Shown one piece after another: positions 52,910 through 63,760 of a stretch of 64,000 nt of DNA. The notes beneath the pieces were generated by a model that had not been told where the DNA came from, did not search any database, and worked only from the letters and a program-made list of their open reading frames with translations. The position numbers were made by a program, and so were the translations under genes. Each line of letters starts with the position of its first letter. Position 1 is the first letter of the stretch. Origin of the DNA: a virus (Duplodnaviria > Caudoviricetes); the IMG/VR virus record IMGVR_UViG_3300014208_000024, positions 1-64,000 of that record; one strand, written 5' to 3'.

Positions 52910-54370
52910 TTACACTGTTCCTACTTCTTGTAAATATTTTTCATCAAATTTTGAAAAATCATCCTGTTCCCCTTCAAATCCAACAGATTTTCTTTTTGAC
53001 ATTGAAGATTGTTCAGATGCGTATTTGGATATGTTTCGAATGTCTTCTTTCATTCTTTTTTTAACTGACTGTATAAGTTCCACACTAACATCTTCTCCTA
53101 CGCTAACAGCAAATGATGCAGTTGCTTGTGCAAGTTCTTTTATTTCAGCCCCAGACATTCCATTTATATGCTGATATAATTCTTCTCTTAATTTTTTCCC
53201 AATTTTGGTTGTTGGTCGATTTTTATCATTAAATAGAATTTCTTCAAAGTAAATTTCGGCACATTTAATTGCATATCCTCCAGTGAGAACTCCAAATTCA
53301 ACAATTCTATCAACTCTACCAGGTCTTTTAAGAATTCTTGGTTCAATTCTGTCTGGATGATTTGTTGTCATTATTATATATGAACCAAGAAGATTTTTTG
53401 GTTGATCAACTCCATCTAAAAAGTTTAACAAAGCAGAATTTGCATTTGAAAGAGTTGATTCGGCATCTTCAAGAACAACAAGTGTACTAACTTTGTGTGT
53501 AGCACATTTTACTAAATGCTGTGCCACGTCTACAATATTCATTGAGAACACTACACATTTGTCTGTTGAGAATTTTTTAGAAATTTTTACAGCCAAACTT
53601 GTTTTCCCTGTTCCAGGAGGTCCAACTAACAGAGATTTTCTTACTCCAGACATTCCAAATCTTGTAAACAATGGAACATTGTTATAGTAATAATTAATAT
53701 CTTGCAAAAGGACTTCTGTTGATGGGTGTACTATTGGAGTTTCTTGTAAGTCTTCAAGTTTTTTATATTCAATTCCACCTATTCCGTTGTTATAAATTCT
53801 GAATATCCCATTTTTTGGTTTTGCATTCTTTTTCTTTTCTTGCTTAATCATTTTCAAAAAATTAAGCCATATTTTTTTTTCGGCAGCATACATTCCTTCA
53901 ACAGATCTGGTCTTTCCTCCTCCACTTATCCATTTTGCATAATACATATATGTACCATCAGAAAATATTACCTTAAACAAACCAGTTGTATCTGAAACAC
54001 TGATGCTATATTCCTTTTTTTTCACCAATGAAACACCAAATGAATAATTTGTTATTAAATCTGATTGTATCCTTTCAATTTCAACAATATGAAAAGATTT
54101 TCTACCATATCTTTTGGCTTCATATTTCAATTTATTTAACATTGAAATATCATATGTGTCAGAATATTCTACAATAACAAATTCACATATTTCTTTTAAC
54201 AACTCTGGGTTTTTTAAGTTATCTTTCCACAACTCTTCAACTTTTGTTTCAATGTTTTGTTTTTTTGCAATAGTTAAATTTTTTTCTTTTGAATAAAGAT
54301 AATCTCTTATCTTATTTTTTCTGTATCTAATTAACAGTTCTTTGTAGATAACTTCCCTTAATGTTCCCAT
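52910..54370 (-). CDS. AAA+ ATPase
   Basis: GPPGTGKT, VLEDAE, TTNHPDRIEPRILKRPGRVD. Confidence 0.9.
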   Translation of the reverse strand: MGTLREVIYKELLIRYRKNKIRDYLYSKEKNLTIAKKQNIETKVEELWKDNLKNPELLKEICEFVIVEYSDTYDISMLNKLKYEAKRYGRKSFHIVEIERIQSDLITNYSFGVSLVKKKEYSISVSDTTGLFKVIFSDGTYMYYAKWISGGGKTRSVEGMYAAEKKIWLNFLKMIKQEKKKNAKPKNGIFRIYNNGIGGIEYKKLEDLQETPIVHPSTEVLLQDINYYYNNVPLFTRFGMSGVRKSLLVGPPGTGKTSLAVKISKKFSTDKCVVFSMNIVDVAQHLVKCATHKVSTLVVLEDAESTLSNANSALLNFLDGVDQPKNLLGSYIIMTTNHPDRIEPRILKRPGRVDRIVEFGVLTGGYAIKCAEIYFEEILFNDKNRPTTKIGKKLREELYQHINGMSGAEIKELAQATASFAVSVGEDVSVELIQSVKKRMKEDIRNISKYASEQSSMSKRKSVGFEGEQDDFSKFDEKYLQEVGTV

Positions 54371-54380
54371 TTTTTAAAAT

Positions 54381-54656
54381 TTATTTGTTTATATAAATAT
54401 TCCTTTGTACTTTAAAAAGTTTTGAAAGTAAAATTTCATGATCATCATATAATCCGACAGCCCAATTTGTTATTTTACCATCTGGCAAGATATCAATTTT
54501 TTCTCCATTAAATATTAAATGATATCCAATTGCTTTGTTTTCGGCTATTTGCCTTCGTAGATCTATGTTTTCAAAATCATTGAGAAACCCAAGAGATTTT
54601 CCTTCTGGGTCAAAGTGTTCAACAGTTTGAACTTCAATCTTTATTGGCTTAATCAT
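54381..54656 (-). CDS. Hypothetical protein
   Basis: DGKITNWAVGLYD. Confidence 0.65.
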   Translation of the reverse strand: MIKPIKIEVQTVEHFDPEGKSLGFLNDFENIDLRRQIAENKAIGYHLIFNGEKIDILPDGKITNWAVGLYDDHEILLSKLFKVQRNIYINK

Positions 54657-55159
54657 TATACTGTGCTATGAAAATTAAATAGAGACAATCTATACCCTTG
54701 AATATTGGATATTCTACAATACATTCTTCCGTTTTCTTTGTCCATAACTGTATAAAGCTCTGTTTGGGTCGCAGACATAAAACATTCTACTCCCTGGTTA
54801 ATAGCTTTTTTAACTTTTTCTCCTTCATCATTATTTAAGATAATTAACCTTCCACAAATAGCTCTTCTATCTCTATCCCAATATATAGATAGAATCATAA
54901 AGGCTGGTTCTTTATCTTCTTCAGCAACTTGCTCTGCACTTACAGACTTTCCGTTATATTCCACTATTGTTGGCATAACCAAAAAACCCTCATTAAGTTC
55001 CCCTAATGCGAGTCCTTGGTCAACAAAATCCACTTTAAATTGTTCTACTGCTGCGAGTATATTTTCCTCATCGAGAAATGTGTGTTCTGGGGCTCTCAAT
55101 CTTTCAAATTCACCTTCAAGAACATATTCCTCTGGATCAATTACTACTAATTTTGACAT
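54656..55159 (-). CDS. Hypothetical acidic protein
   Basis: ORF in operon. Confidence 0.7.
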   Translation of the reverse strand: MSKLVVIDPEEYVLEGEFERLRAPEHTFLDEENILAAVEQFKVDFVDQGLALGELNEGFLVMPTIVEYNGKSVSAEQVAEEDKEPAFMILSIYWDRDRRAICGRLIILNNDEGEKVKKAINQGVECFMSATQTELYTVMDKENGRMYCRISNIQGYRLSLFNFHSTV

Positions 55160-55166
55160 ATTTTTT

Positions 55167-55634
55167 TTAGTTTAAAATTTTTTCTTTCAAATCAGTAGGA
55201 AGAACAAGTTTGCAAGTATCATTTTCCACTACAACTATTACAGAAGCTGCAGACTTAGTGGCAACGCTAGTGTTTACATAATTCAAAGTTTTTGTTCCGT
55301 CTGAGTTACAAGTTACACTTTGTAATTTTAACTTAGACATATTAGTAAACTTTTTTTTATAATATTGTTTAACTTTTTGCTTTCCGTATTTTTTAATACT
55401 TTCAGAAGAAGTAAACTGCAACATCATGTCATAGTTACCAATCTTTCTCAAAGACTGCATGAAAGACATAAAATCTGAGCCGTAAAATACAGCGGGATTT
55501 GAATACGGTTTTTCAACACTTTCAACTTCTGCTACACTATTTTTTTCAACAGATTCCACCATCTTTTTTTCTTGAACTGTGCATCCCACAATTGCAAAGA
55601 TAGAAATAAAAATAATAAAAACAAATTTTTTCAT
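55167..55634 (-). CDS. Putative lipoprotein
   Basis: MKKFVFIIFISIFAIVGC lipobox. Confidence 0.72.
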   Translation of the reverse strand: MKKFVFIIFISIFAIVGCTVQEKKMVESVEKNSVAEVESVEKPYSNPAVFYGSDFMSFMQSLRKIGNYDMMLQFTSSESIKKYGKQKVKQYYKKKFTNMSKLKLQSVTCNSDGTKTLNYVNTSVATKSAASVIVVVENDTCKLVLPTDLKEKILN

Positions 55635-55917
55635 AACTTTTCTTTTTTTTAATTTTTCGTTTCTACCAATATATACGTAAAAACTTCAAAAAAGTTACAC
55701 AAAATTAAAACTTATATATTTAACCTAAATTACATTTGAACATTTTATTCTTCTCTTCTTTTTTAAAATAAGCAACAAGTATTGTTTCAATCATATTGTT
55801 TGTTGATGGTCTATTTTGTTCAATTCTTGCTTTTTCGATTGCTTCAATTAACCAATCATTTTTATCCGTCAATTTTAAACTAATTCTTTTTGCCATATCA
55901 TTTAATTTTTATACTGT

Positions 55918-57486
55918 TTATAATCCAAATTTATTTCTAAGCAAGTCAATCTTACTTAATTTAGCATGTTTTTCTGCTTCCAATTCTACTTGTAATTCTT
56001 CAATGGTCTGACCAATATCGGGAAGATTTCTTCTTAATTCATTTAACCCATCAGGTTGTTCTATTTCTGGAAGACCATGTATTCTATCTGCGCCAACAAT
56101 ATCTTCATTGGGATTAAATCCATAATCTCTTAACTCAGTAATTAATTGAATTACATTTTCCTTATCATCCTCATTCCCACTATAAACACTTGGAATCATA
56201 ATGTAAGCGTATGGTTTGTTCATTGATTTTAAATCATTAACACTAATTTCTTTGTTATCAACTTTTTTTCTATCAATGTTATCTGGTCTTGCTGCTCTAC
56301 CATAAGTTTGCAAAAATTTACTCTTTGATAATGTTCTTAATGGCATTATACCAGAAAACCCACTAATATCAATTCCTTCTGCCAATATATCATAATGGAG
56401 AACAATTAGTTTTTTTGTTGCATTGCTACCATCAACTTTTAATCTTCTCAAAAAATCCTGTCTACTAACTTGTTCTCCATTAATATTATTTCCAACTTCA
56501 CCATTTGATGCGACTGCATAAATATCAACACCATCTTGTGTTAGTTGTGCATATTCTCTACTTCTAAGGAAATTTATAATATCCTGTGTTCCTTTTGCGG
56601 AAACCAATACCTTTGGAAAAGTCTTTGTTAATATTTTACCATGCTGTTCAAAAGTATCTTTAATGATTTTATTTATTGATTTATTATAATCTTCAGTATT
56701 ATAAACGCCTTCTGTAATAACAAAATGTAATCTTGGTCTAACCATTTTACCCAAATCAATAGCTTGTCTTGGTGTCATACTATATAGAATTTCACCATAA
56801 GATTCCACATTATTCATTCCCCTACCAGTATCAGAAGGAGTTGAAATAGTTGTTGCGGTAAAGAAATAACAACGATTTGATTTTAGAATATGTAAAATAT
56901 CGTGAAATTGTTCTTGAACCAAGTAATGTGCTTCATCATTAAGAATTATTGACATTGGTTCAAAACCGTCTCTTGCTTCTTCAATTCTTTCTGCTGAGTT
57001 ATATGTACTGAAAAATATCAAAGGTAAATTTTGAGCCTTTGCCTTACCTATCATTTCACGTATATCTCTTACACTGGTTCCTGAACCAATTTCAGAGAAT
57101 GGTATATTAGCACCATCAAGATTTGCTTTAATGCGAATATCTTCCAATTCTTTTTCGTTTATTTTACCACCACTATGAACAAACATATATCTTGCCTCAA
57201 TCTTTGCATCAACAAGAAAACCATAAACTTCTTTTAATAATTGGTATGTCAATACTATTCTTGGTGCATTAACAACATACATTTGAAAATCGCCATTTTT
57301 AATAATATCATCGGCAATTATTGCTGATTGACAAAAACTCTTTCCAACTCCTGTTGGCATACAAACAATACCTTTATCACTTGCAATTGCACTTGATACT
57401 GCATCTTTTTGATATGGGTAAAGTCTATCAAAAATTTTAACATCGCTTGTTTGTTTCTTTTCGAATATTTTATCTAAGATTTTCAT
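55918..57486 (-). CDS. SF2 DExH helicase/translocase (restriction-associated)
   Basis: MPTGVGKS, LNDEAH, FTAT, ILAEGIDI, QTYGRAAR. Confidence 0.9.
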   Translation of the reverse strand: MKILDKIFEKKQTSDVKIFDRLYPYQKDAVSSAIASDKGIVCMPTGVGKSFCQSAIIADDIIKNGDFQMYVVNAPRIVLTYQLLKEVYGFLVDAKIEARYMFVHSGGKINEKELEDIRIKANLDGANIPFSEIGSGTSVRDIREMIGKAKAQNLPLIFFSTYNSAERIEEARDGFEPMSIILNDEAHYLVQEQFHDILHILKSNRCYFFTATTISTPSDTGRGMNNVESYGEILYSMTPRQAIDLGKMVRPRLHFVITEGVYNTEDYNKSINKIIKDTFEQHGKILTKTFPKVLVSAKGTQDIINFLRSREYAQLTQDGVDIYAVASNGEVGNNINGEQVSRQDFLRRLKVDGSNATKKLIVLHYDILAEGIDISGFSGIMPLRTLSKSKFLQTYGRAARPDNIDRKKVDNKEISVNDLKSMNKPYAYIMIPSVYSGNEDDKENVIQLITELRDYGFNPNEDIVGADRIHGLPEIEQPDGLNELRRNLPDIGQTIEELQVELEAEKHAKLSKIDLLRNKFGL

Positions 57487-57509
57487 AATATATCGTTTTT
57501 TATTACTTT

Positions 57510-57537
57510 ATACGGAAAAGGTAATACTTTTGTTACA
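57510..57537 (-). promoter_or_regulatory. TGTAAC-AAAAGTATTACCTTTTC-CGTAT promoter/operator
   Basis: Near-identical spacer at 59267-59294 and 62492-62519. Confidence 0.7.
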
Positions 57538-57571
57538 CATAAAAAATAAAATCACAATTATTTTTACTTTA

Positions 57572-58156
57572 TTATAAAGAATTTATTATTTCTCTTACTT
57601 TGTTCCAGAAAATCAGATTGTTATCTAATAAACATCTGAAATCTTTATATCCAAAACATTTAACTTTTCCTTTGAACATTTCGCCATCGGTATAAAAGTT
57701 CAACCCGTCAGCAGTTGTAAATACGAAATGTCTGAAGTTTTTAGGATTTTCCATATCAGCAACAACATTATGTGATAACATGCCGTCTGTAATAAGATTT
57801 CCTAAACTATCTTTATTTGATGATAATTCGGTTAATACATTTGACCTAAATTTTACTTGTACAACAGTTTTTTCATTTCTTATGTTTACGCCAACACCGT
57901 CCACACCATTATCATTCTCCTGGTTCGGCTTATAGTTATAAACACCTACTCTATTATCTGTTGGATGCAGTGCCAAAAAAAGCTCTACAAAGAACTCAAA
58001 TGCATCACCCTTATATTTATCGGCATCATACCTTAAAGTATCTAAAATCGCTTCTGATTCAATTCTACGTATAAGCGTTGACATCTTGTTAACTCCTTCG
58101 AATAATCTTGGAAGTGAATGTGCTTTTGTTTTGAAATTGTGTTCTAAGTGTATCAT
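57572..58156 (-). CDS. Mrr-like PD-(D/E)XK restriction endonuclease
   Basis: GDAFEFFVE...DNGVDGVG...VVQVKF. Confidence 0.78.
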   Translation of the reverse strand: MIHLEHNFKTKAHSLPRLFEGVNKMSTLIRRIESEAILDTLRYDADKYKGDAFEFFVELFLALHPTDNRVGVYNYKPNQENDNGVDGVGVNIRNEKTVVQVKFRSNVLTELSSNKDSLGNLITDGMLSHNVVADMENPKNFRHFVFTTADGLNFYTDGEMFKGKVKCFGYKDFRCLLDNNLIFWNKVREIINSL

Positions 58157-58172
58157 GTTATTAAAAGTTTAA

Positions 58173-58925
58173 TTAAATATCTAAATATTCTATATTTATT
58201 ATAGTAGATGGTGGTATGTTTTCTTTTGTATAATATCCATCAAAAAAATTGGGGTCTTTAAAAAATCTTGTCGTTACTCTTCCCCAATTTGGTTTTATGG
58301 TTAGTATTATAAACCTTCCAGCCTCTTCCAATTCAAAATCTTTTTGTTTTTTTGATTTATAACTTCCCTTTTCTTCTTTTTCAACAATTTTATTTAACTC
58401 AATGTGTTTTTTTTGTAAAGCTAAATCTTTTAAAGATTCTTTGTTAATTGAAAAATAAATTCTATCATTAAAATTAAAAAAATCAACTGAACTTCTTGGT
58501 GTTAATCCATTTTTTTTTATTTTATCAATTCTATTTTGTTTAGTTAAATGATATATATTATCTGGTACACCAATTTCTATATCATGTTTTGGTTCATATT
58601 GTAAAATAACAGTCCCATTAGTGACTTTAATAAAATCAAGCTTATTTTTTAATGGTGAACCAGCAATGCTTACACCATGAAACCAACCGCCTACATTATC
58701 CATAATACGATTTAATTCTAAATATCTTTTTTCATTATTATCATTTAAATCGAAATGAATAATTATTTTATTGTTGTGAAACTGAAACTTATTTCTTTTA
58801 AATCCTAAATTATATAATTCGGGTAATAGCTTTTCTAATGAATACGTATATATTAATCCCTCATATAGAATTTTTCGTTCCAATTCTTCTCTTATTAAAA
58901 TTCTTAAAAAATCGTGTTGGTCCAT
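58173..58925 (-). CDS. IREE-motif protein with ADP-ribosyltransferase-like C-terminus
   Basis: IYHLTK...IKKNGLTPR...RIYFS. Confidence 0.55.
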   Translation of the reverse strand: MDQHDFLRILIREELERKILYEGLIYTYSLEKLLPELYNLGFKRNKFQFHNNKIIIHFDLNDNNEKRYLELNRIMDNVGGWFHGVSIAGSPLKNKLDFIKVTNGTVILQYEPKHDIEIGVPDNIYHLTKQNRIDKIKKNGLTPRSSVDFFNFNDRIYFSINKESLKDLALQKKHIELNKIVEKEEKGSYKSKKQKDFELEEAGRFIILTIKPNWGRVTTRFFKDPNFFDGYYTKENIPPSTIINIEYLDI

Positions 58926-58956
58926 TGCTTTTTATAATAAATATGGGTTAAATGTT

Positions 58957-59244
58957 TTAACAATGAATCGAATTACTTTTTTCTTGAGTTTTGGTTAATG
59001 AGCTTATAAATTCCATACACGCTTCAGCAAACGTATCTATGCAATAGAAAATCTCTTCAAGTTCTTCATTTAAGATAAATTCCTTTGCTTGTAAAAACAA
59101 TTCTTCTTTTGATAATACCAGTTCATTTCTTATTACTGCATCAGCAAAACTTGCCATTACTGGAGCTGAAATTTCACAGGGAAGAATATTGTATTCTCCA
59201 TTTCTACTAATAAAACTTTCTGCTTTTTTAATTAATTCTTGCAT
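58957..59244 (-). CDS. Hypothetical protein
   Basis: ORF with upstream promoter motif. Confidence 0.6.
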   Translation of the reverse strand: MQELIKKAESFISRNGEYNILPCEISAPVMASFADAVIRNELVLSKEELFLQAKEFILNEELEEIFYCIDTFAEACMEFISSLTKTQEKSNSIHC

Positions 59245-59439
59245 AACTTTATCTTTTTATTAATTTATACGTAAAAGGTATTACTTTTGTTTCAGTTTTT
59301 ACAAATGTTTTGATGAATATTTTAATTAAAAATAGTAAACTTTAATTTTTATTATCAAAAGCGCAGGGGGAAATAAAAATACCCCAAAGAGAATTATTCC
59401 TTGAGGTACTTTAAATACAATAATTAAATTTCACTGTTC

Positions 59440-59739
59440 TTATTCAGTATAAGTTGGTAGGTTATCTATGTTATCTCCTTCACTTTCGTTTAATACTGAC
59501 CTTAAATATTTAGGATTTGCCTTAACAACTTCAATCAATGTTTTTGAGTTTCCAACATAATAAGTATAATCGTTTGATTCGATGTTGGTAATTATTTTTT
59601 CAACAGTCTCTTTAATAATTTCTTTTTCTGTTTTATTATTTATGGCAACATTTCTTTCCACTTTAAATTCGATGTTTTTACCATCTTTTTCTTTTCTCTC
59701 TTTTAATTTTCTTTCATATTTTGACATAACTTTATACAC
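59440..59739 (-). CDS. Hypothetical protein
   Basis: ORF. Confidence 0.55.
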   Translation of the reverse strand: MYKVMSKYERKLKERKEKDGKNIEFKVERNVAINNKTEKEIIKETVEKIITNIESNDYTYYVGNSKTLIEVVKANPKYLRSVLNESEGDNIDNLPTYTE

Positions 59740-59816
59740 TTATCTACACAGTGTGAGATTTTAAAATTTAATATATCTACGCAAAGATACTAAAAAATTT
59801 CGCTAAATGCAAATTT

Positions 59817-60497
59817 TTATTTATTATTTTTAAACTTATTTTTATTAAGGTTAAGTTTAGTTAATTGTCGTTGGACACTTTTATATGTTGAATTATATAG
59901 TTTAGCGATTTCATTAATTTTATATTTTTTATCAATATATAAAATAAACAATTCATCATATGTAAATTGTTTGTATTTAGCATTTTTTTGTTTTAAAATT
60001 TCTTTTGTTTGAGAAGAATGATGTTTTCCAAAGAAATGGTTTTTGTCACCATTGGTTTTATTACCAAGATTTTTATTCCTTTCTTTCTTTTGTTCTTCTG
60101 TTAATTTATATTTTCTACCTAAATTATAGTGTTTATTTTTTTTAAAATATTCTTTCGTTTTTTTAGATAATTTTTCTATAACTTCTTTTGAAAAAACTTT
60201 AGATTCTTCGCCACCATTAGTAGAATTAACCAATGTATCAAATATAGGTTCAATATATTTTCTCTCCAAAATTAAAATTTCTTCAATTAACTCTGTTTCT
60301 TCTATTAAAAATATTTTAACTTCAAATCCATTATTTATTACATTACCAATCCAGTTAACTTTATGTGATTTACATTTTTTATATTTCCAGTCACGAATAT
60401 GACCTTTAAGTCTATCTTCTAAGTTTTTAGATGTATAACCTATATACTTTGGTTTCATTCCATCTAATTCAGATGTTAAATAGTAAAGTTTATACAT
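59817..60497 (-). CDS. GIY-YIG homing endonuclease with NUMOD3
   Basis: KLYYL...KYIGYT...RLKGH; HHSSQTKEIL. Confidence 0.87.
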   Translation of the reverse strand: MYKLYYLTSELDGMKPKYIGYTSKNLEDRLKGHIRDWKYKKCKSHKVNWIGNVINNGFEVKIFLIEETELIEEILILERKYIEPIFDTLVNSTNGGEESKVFSKEVIEKLSKKTKEYFKKNKHYNLGRKYKLTEEQKKERNKNLGNKTNGDKNHFFGKHHSSQTKEILKQKNAKYKQFTYDELFILYIDKKYKINEIAKLYNSTYKSVQRQLTKLNLNKNKFKNNK

Positions 60498-60660
60498 GAC
60501 TATTAGATTTTAAGTTGTTAAAATGATTATCTAAAAGCCACTGTATTAACTTTGATTTATTCTTTACATCGAAATATTCAAAATCTTTAAAATTTTGTTC
60601 TGTAATTGTAACAGATAGCCTGTCTTTTTTCTTTTCTAATTCTACTCTAATTCTTCCCAT
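60490..60660 (-). CDS. Small RHH-like protein (MGRIRVELEKKKDRLSVTIT...NKSKLIQWLL)
   Basis: Read by hand; similar to 38205-38369. Confidence 0.62.
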   Translation of the reverse strand: MGRIRVELEKKKDRLSVTITEQNFKDFEYFDVKNKSKLIQWLLDNHFNNLKSNSHV

Positions 60661-60709
60661 AATATTTGTTTATTATAAATAGTAAGAAAAAATAAAATTA
60701 GCTTCAAAG

Positions 60710-60853
60710 CTAATTGTTTTTTCGTTTTTCTTTAAAATATTCTGATAATAAATTATCTATTAACTTTGACTTATTGTACCTACCAGATTCTAATTGCTTT
60801 AAAACTTTTGGAGTTAGCGCTATACTTATTTTTTTATATTTTATTTTTTCCAT
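60710..60853 (-). CDS. Small RHH-like protein (MEKIKYKKISIALTP...YNKSKLIDNLL)
   Basis: Read by hand; similar to 37984-38142. Confidence 0.62.
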   Translation of the reverse strand: MEKIKYKKISIALTPKVLKQLESGRYNKSKLIDNLLSEYFKEKRKNN

Positions 60854-60965
60854 TGTTAAATTGTTGTTTTATAAATATATTAAATTTTATATTAAAAATA
60901 AATAGAAAAGCACCATAGAAATTAATCTATGATGCTTTTGTTTTGAAAAAATTGCTTACAATTAA

Positions 60966-62459
60966 TTATTTTAAAAACTCTTTCCAGAAGTCTTTGCGAA
61001 ATAATGATATAACTTTCCTATCGTATCTATGGCCAAATTTACCACCATTGCCATCTCTAAAATTCATCAATTTTATAAAGTCAGAATGCAACATTGCTTT
61101 TTGAATAAAAGGAAGATTATTCGGTTCATCAATAATTGCATATGCAAATTCAGTAATGGCATACTCACCAACTTCATCAATAATTGGCTTACTTGCAGTT
61201 CCATTAGTCCATATTACTTTAGGCACGCCAAAATGTCCCATTTTATTTGTTTTTGAATATCGAAACTTTACAACATCTGTGCTCAATGACATATAAACAC
61301 ATGGATATTTAAATTCTTCACTTTGTTCTTTAGAAACATATTCCTTTTGTGTGTGATATTTACAACTTCTTAATACATTAACTTTTTCTTCACCTTTTTT
61401 AGCCATTAATTTATTAAATTCGTTAAACATGCCATTGGGTATAAATTCCATTTTAGATATATCAACTCTCTGAGTTGTGCCATCCATACACTTAATTTTA
61501 GTAAACATTGTATTTGGCACATTATGTAAACAATAAAAATCATAAGTAGTTTTAACCCCAAAAGTTTTTAATCCATCTGAATAGTCATGTATTTCTAATG
61601 AAAGAATTTGTTTTGATTTTAATAGATTTTTTACCTTACTAAAACCATCTCCCAACCCTCTCCAACCGTCTGGGTGGATAGCACACATATAGCCACCGTC
61701 TATAAGTTGTGATATAGTCTTTGTAACAAATTTATCCCAAAGAACATGAGCTGAACCTTTATTGTCACTTGCTGAATTATATGGTGGATTTTGTACAATT
61801 ATATTCCACTTTTCTATCCCCCAAAATTCTTTCATATATACATCAAATTCTTCAGTTAAATAACTGCCATTATAGATATTCAACGCATATTCATCTTTTG
61901 GGTCAAAGGCATATAAAAATAAGAATAAATTTTTCGCCTGTAACTCACAAGCATAAATCATATTTTCAACAATGTGTTTGTATCTTAATTTTTCATCTGG
62001 CTGAAATGAAACCAAACCTTTCATCAATCTCTCAATAACAACTGAAAAGAATGTCCCAACTCCCGCACATGAATCAAACCATTTTAAGTCTGGATTGCTC
62101 CATACTTCATAAGGCAATAAATCTAATATATTTTCTGTAAGTTCTATAGGAGTCATAACTTCACCCATAGTTTTAACTTCGGTAGCAGATACTTTAACAT
62201 AATCACGAAGCATAGTAACCACATCTTTAATGTGATTCATTTCACTATGGTTTTCAGTATCAACTATTTTCTGTATTCTACCACACATTAATCTGTGTTC
62301 AACATTATTTTCTTCCAGTATGGTTAAAATCATTGACCTACGTTTTTCAACTGGTGCTGATAAAATCATTTCTTTCATTTCTGGCGTCATACCATTAATA
62401 CCATCAACAATCATATCTTGGATAAGATTTTCGTAAGTGTTTTTCAATTCTGCTTTCAT
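60966..62459 (-). CDS. N6-adenine DNA methyltransferase (Eco57I/type IIG-ISP-like)
   Basis: GEVMTP, WFDSCAGVGTF, IVQNPPY, C-terminal target-recognition region. Confidence 0.9.
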   Translation of the reverse strand: MKAELKNTYENLIQDMIVDGINGMTPEMKEMILSAPVEKRRSMILTILEENNVEHRLMCGRIQKIVDTENHSEMNHIKDVVTMLRDYVKVSATEVKTMGEVMTPIELTENILDLLPYEVWSNPDLKWFDSCAGVGTFFSVVIERLMKGLVSFQPDEKLRYKHIVENMIYACELQAKNLFLFLYAFDPKDEYALNIYNGSYLTEEFDVYMKEFWGIEKWNIIVQNPPYNSASDNKGSAHVLWDKFVTKTISQLIDGGYMCAIHPDGWRGLGDGFSKVKNLLKSKQILSLEIHDYSDGLKTFGVKTTYDFYCLHNVPNTMFTKIKCMDGTTQRVDISKMEFIPNGMFNEFNKLMAKKGEEKVNVLRSCKYHTQKEYVSKEQSEEFKYPCVYMSLSTDVVKFRYSKTNKMGHFGVPKVIWTNGTASKPIIDEVGEYAITEFAYAIIDEPNNLPFIQKAMLHSDFIKLMNFRDGNGGKFGHRYDRKVISLFRKDFWKEFLK

Positions 62460-62591
62460 ATTATTAATTTTTATGTGTTTCTTACTAACTTATACGGTAA
62501 AGGTAATACTTTTGTTGCAAAAAACTAAATAAATTTAAATTTTTAATATAATTGAAAATGTTTTATGTTTTTAATATATTTATAAATAAAA

Positions 62592-63671
62592 ATGGAAAAA
62601 GAAATAAAAAATTATATTAAAAACATAATTTTAGAAATTATAAACAACAATATAATTGAAGAAGAATATGGTGTTCCAGAAGATGCACTAAAAGCTTCTA
62701 ATGTTTTAGAAAAAGAAATTAAAAAAACTTTTGAAAGTGGAGGGCGATGGAGTGTGGTTTATGACTCAAAAAACAATTTAATAAATAATGTACAAAAAAT
62801 GAACAAAATCATCCATATAGATGGTTTTGAAAAAGGTTTGTTTTTCGAAGATTTAAATGTTCATATCTCTTTTATACAAATTAATGATGAAAATATAAGC
62901 AACGAAATTATTGAAAAATCAAATAGAGGTGAAGAAATTAACCAAGAAGTAAAAATAAATCCGCAAACCAAAAAATTAGAATATGCAGATATAAAACTAA
63001 ACGTTTGCTTTAGACACAATGATGTTCTTAATGAAAATGTTAAAAATTTAATCTTACATGAACTAACTCATATTTATGAAACATATCAAAGAAAATTACA
63101 TAATAAAATAAGAAAAACCAAAGATGATGTTTACAATTCAATAAACATAAATTCATTATCAAATGAAACTATAAAAAAAATCAATTTTTTAATTTATTGC
63201 ACACTCTACTTTGAAAGAAATGCAAATATATCAGCACTATACAAAAATTTAATGCATACTTCTTCATTATCATTAGAAAACATAAAACAAGATTTTTTAA
63301 AATCAATATATTATAAAAACTTTTTATTATATTTAAAAGAACCAGAATTTTATATCACGCAAAAAGAAATAGACGCATTAAACGATAAAGATTTTATTGA
63401 CCTTAATAATCAGATAAAAGATTTAATAAAAAACTACAGTTTTGAAAATACAAATAATTTTTTATTTTATTATAGGGTAAATAAAAAACAATACTTTGAT
63501 AAAATATTTAATTATTCAAAAAATATATATGAAAAAATATATAAAAAATGCCAAAGAGTAATTTTTAAAGTTTATAAAGATAAAAACCCAACTTTTATTC
63601 AGGAAGGATATAAGCCTGGCAGACAACATATAAAAATATATCCAGATTTTAATAATGATTTTTTATTTTAA
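62592..63671 (+). CDS. Hypothetical protein with HExxH motif
   Basis: LILHELTHIYE. Confidence 0.72.
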   Translation: MEKEIKNYIKNIILEIINNNIIEEEYGVPEDALKASNVLEKEIKKTFESGGRWSVVYDSKNNLINNVQKMNKIIHIDGFEKGLFFEDLNVHISFIQINDENISNEIIEKSNRGEEINQEVKINPQTKKLEYADIKLNVCFRHNDVLNENVKNLILHELTHIYETYQRKLHNKIRKTKDDVYNSININSLSNETIKKINFLIYCTLYFERNANISALYKNLMHTSSLSLENIKQDFLKSIYYKNFLLYLKEPEFYITQKEIDALNDKDFIDLNNQIKDLIKNYSFENTNNFLFYYRVNKKQYFDKIFNYSKNIYEKIYKKCQRVIFKVYKDKNPTFIQEGYKPGRQHIKIYPDFNNDFLF

Positions 63672-63760
63672 ATACCAAGCCGAAGGCAATAAATAAAACA
63701 AAAAAGTAATATTATATGAATAACAATATTACTTTAATTGTGATTGATTCGGTAAATATA

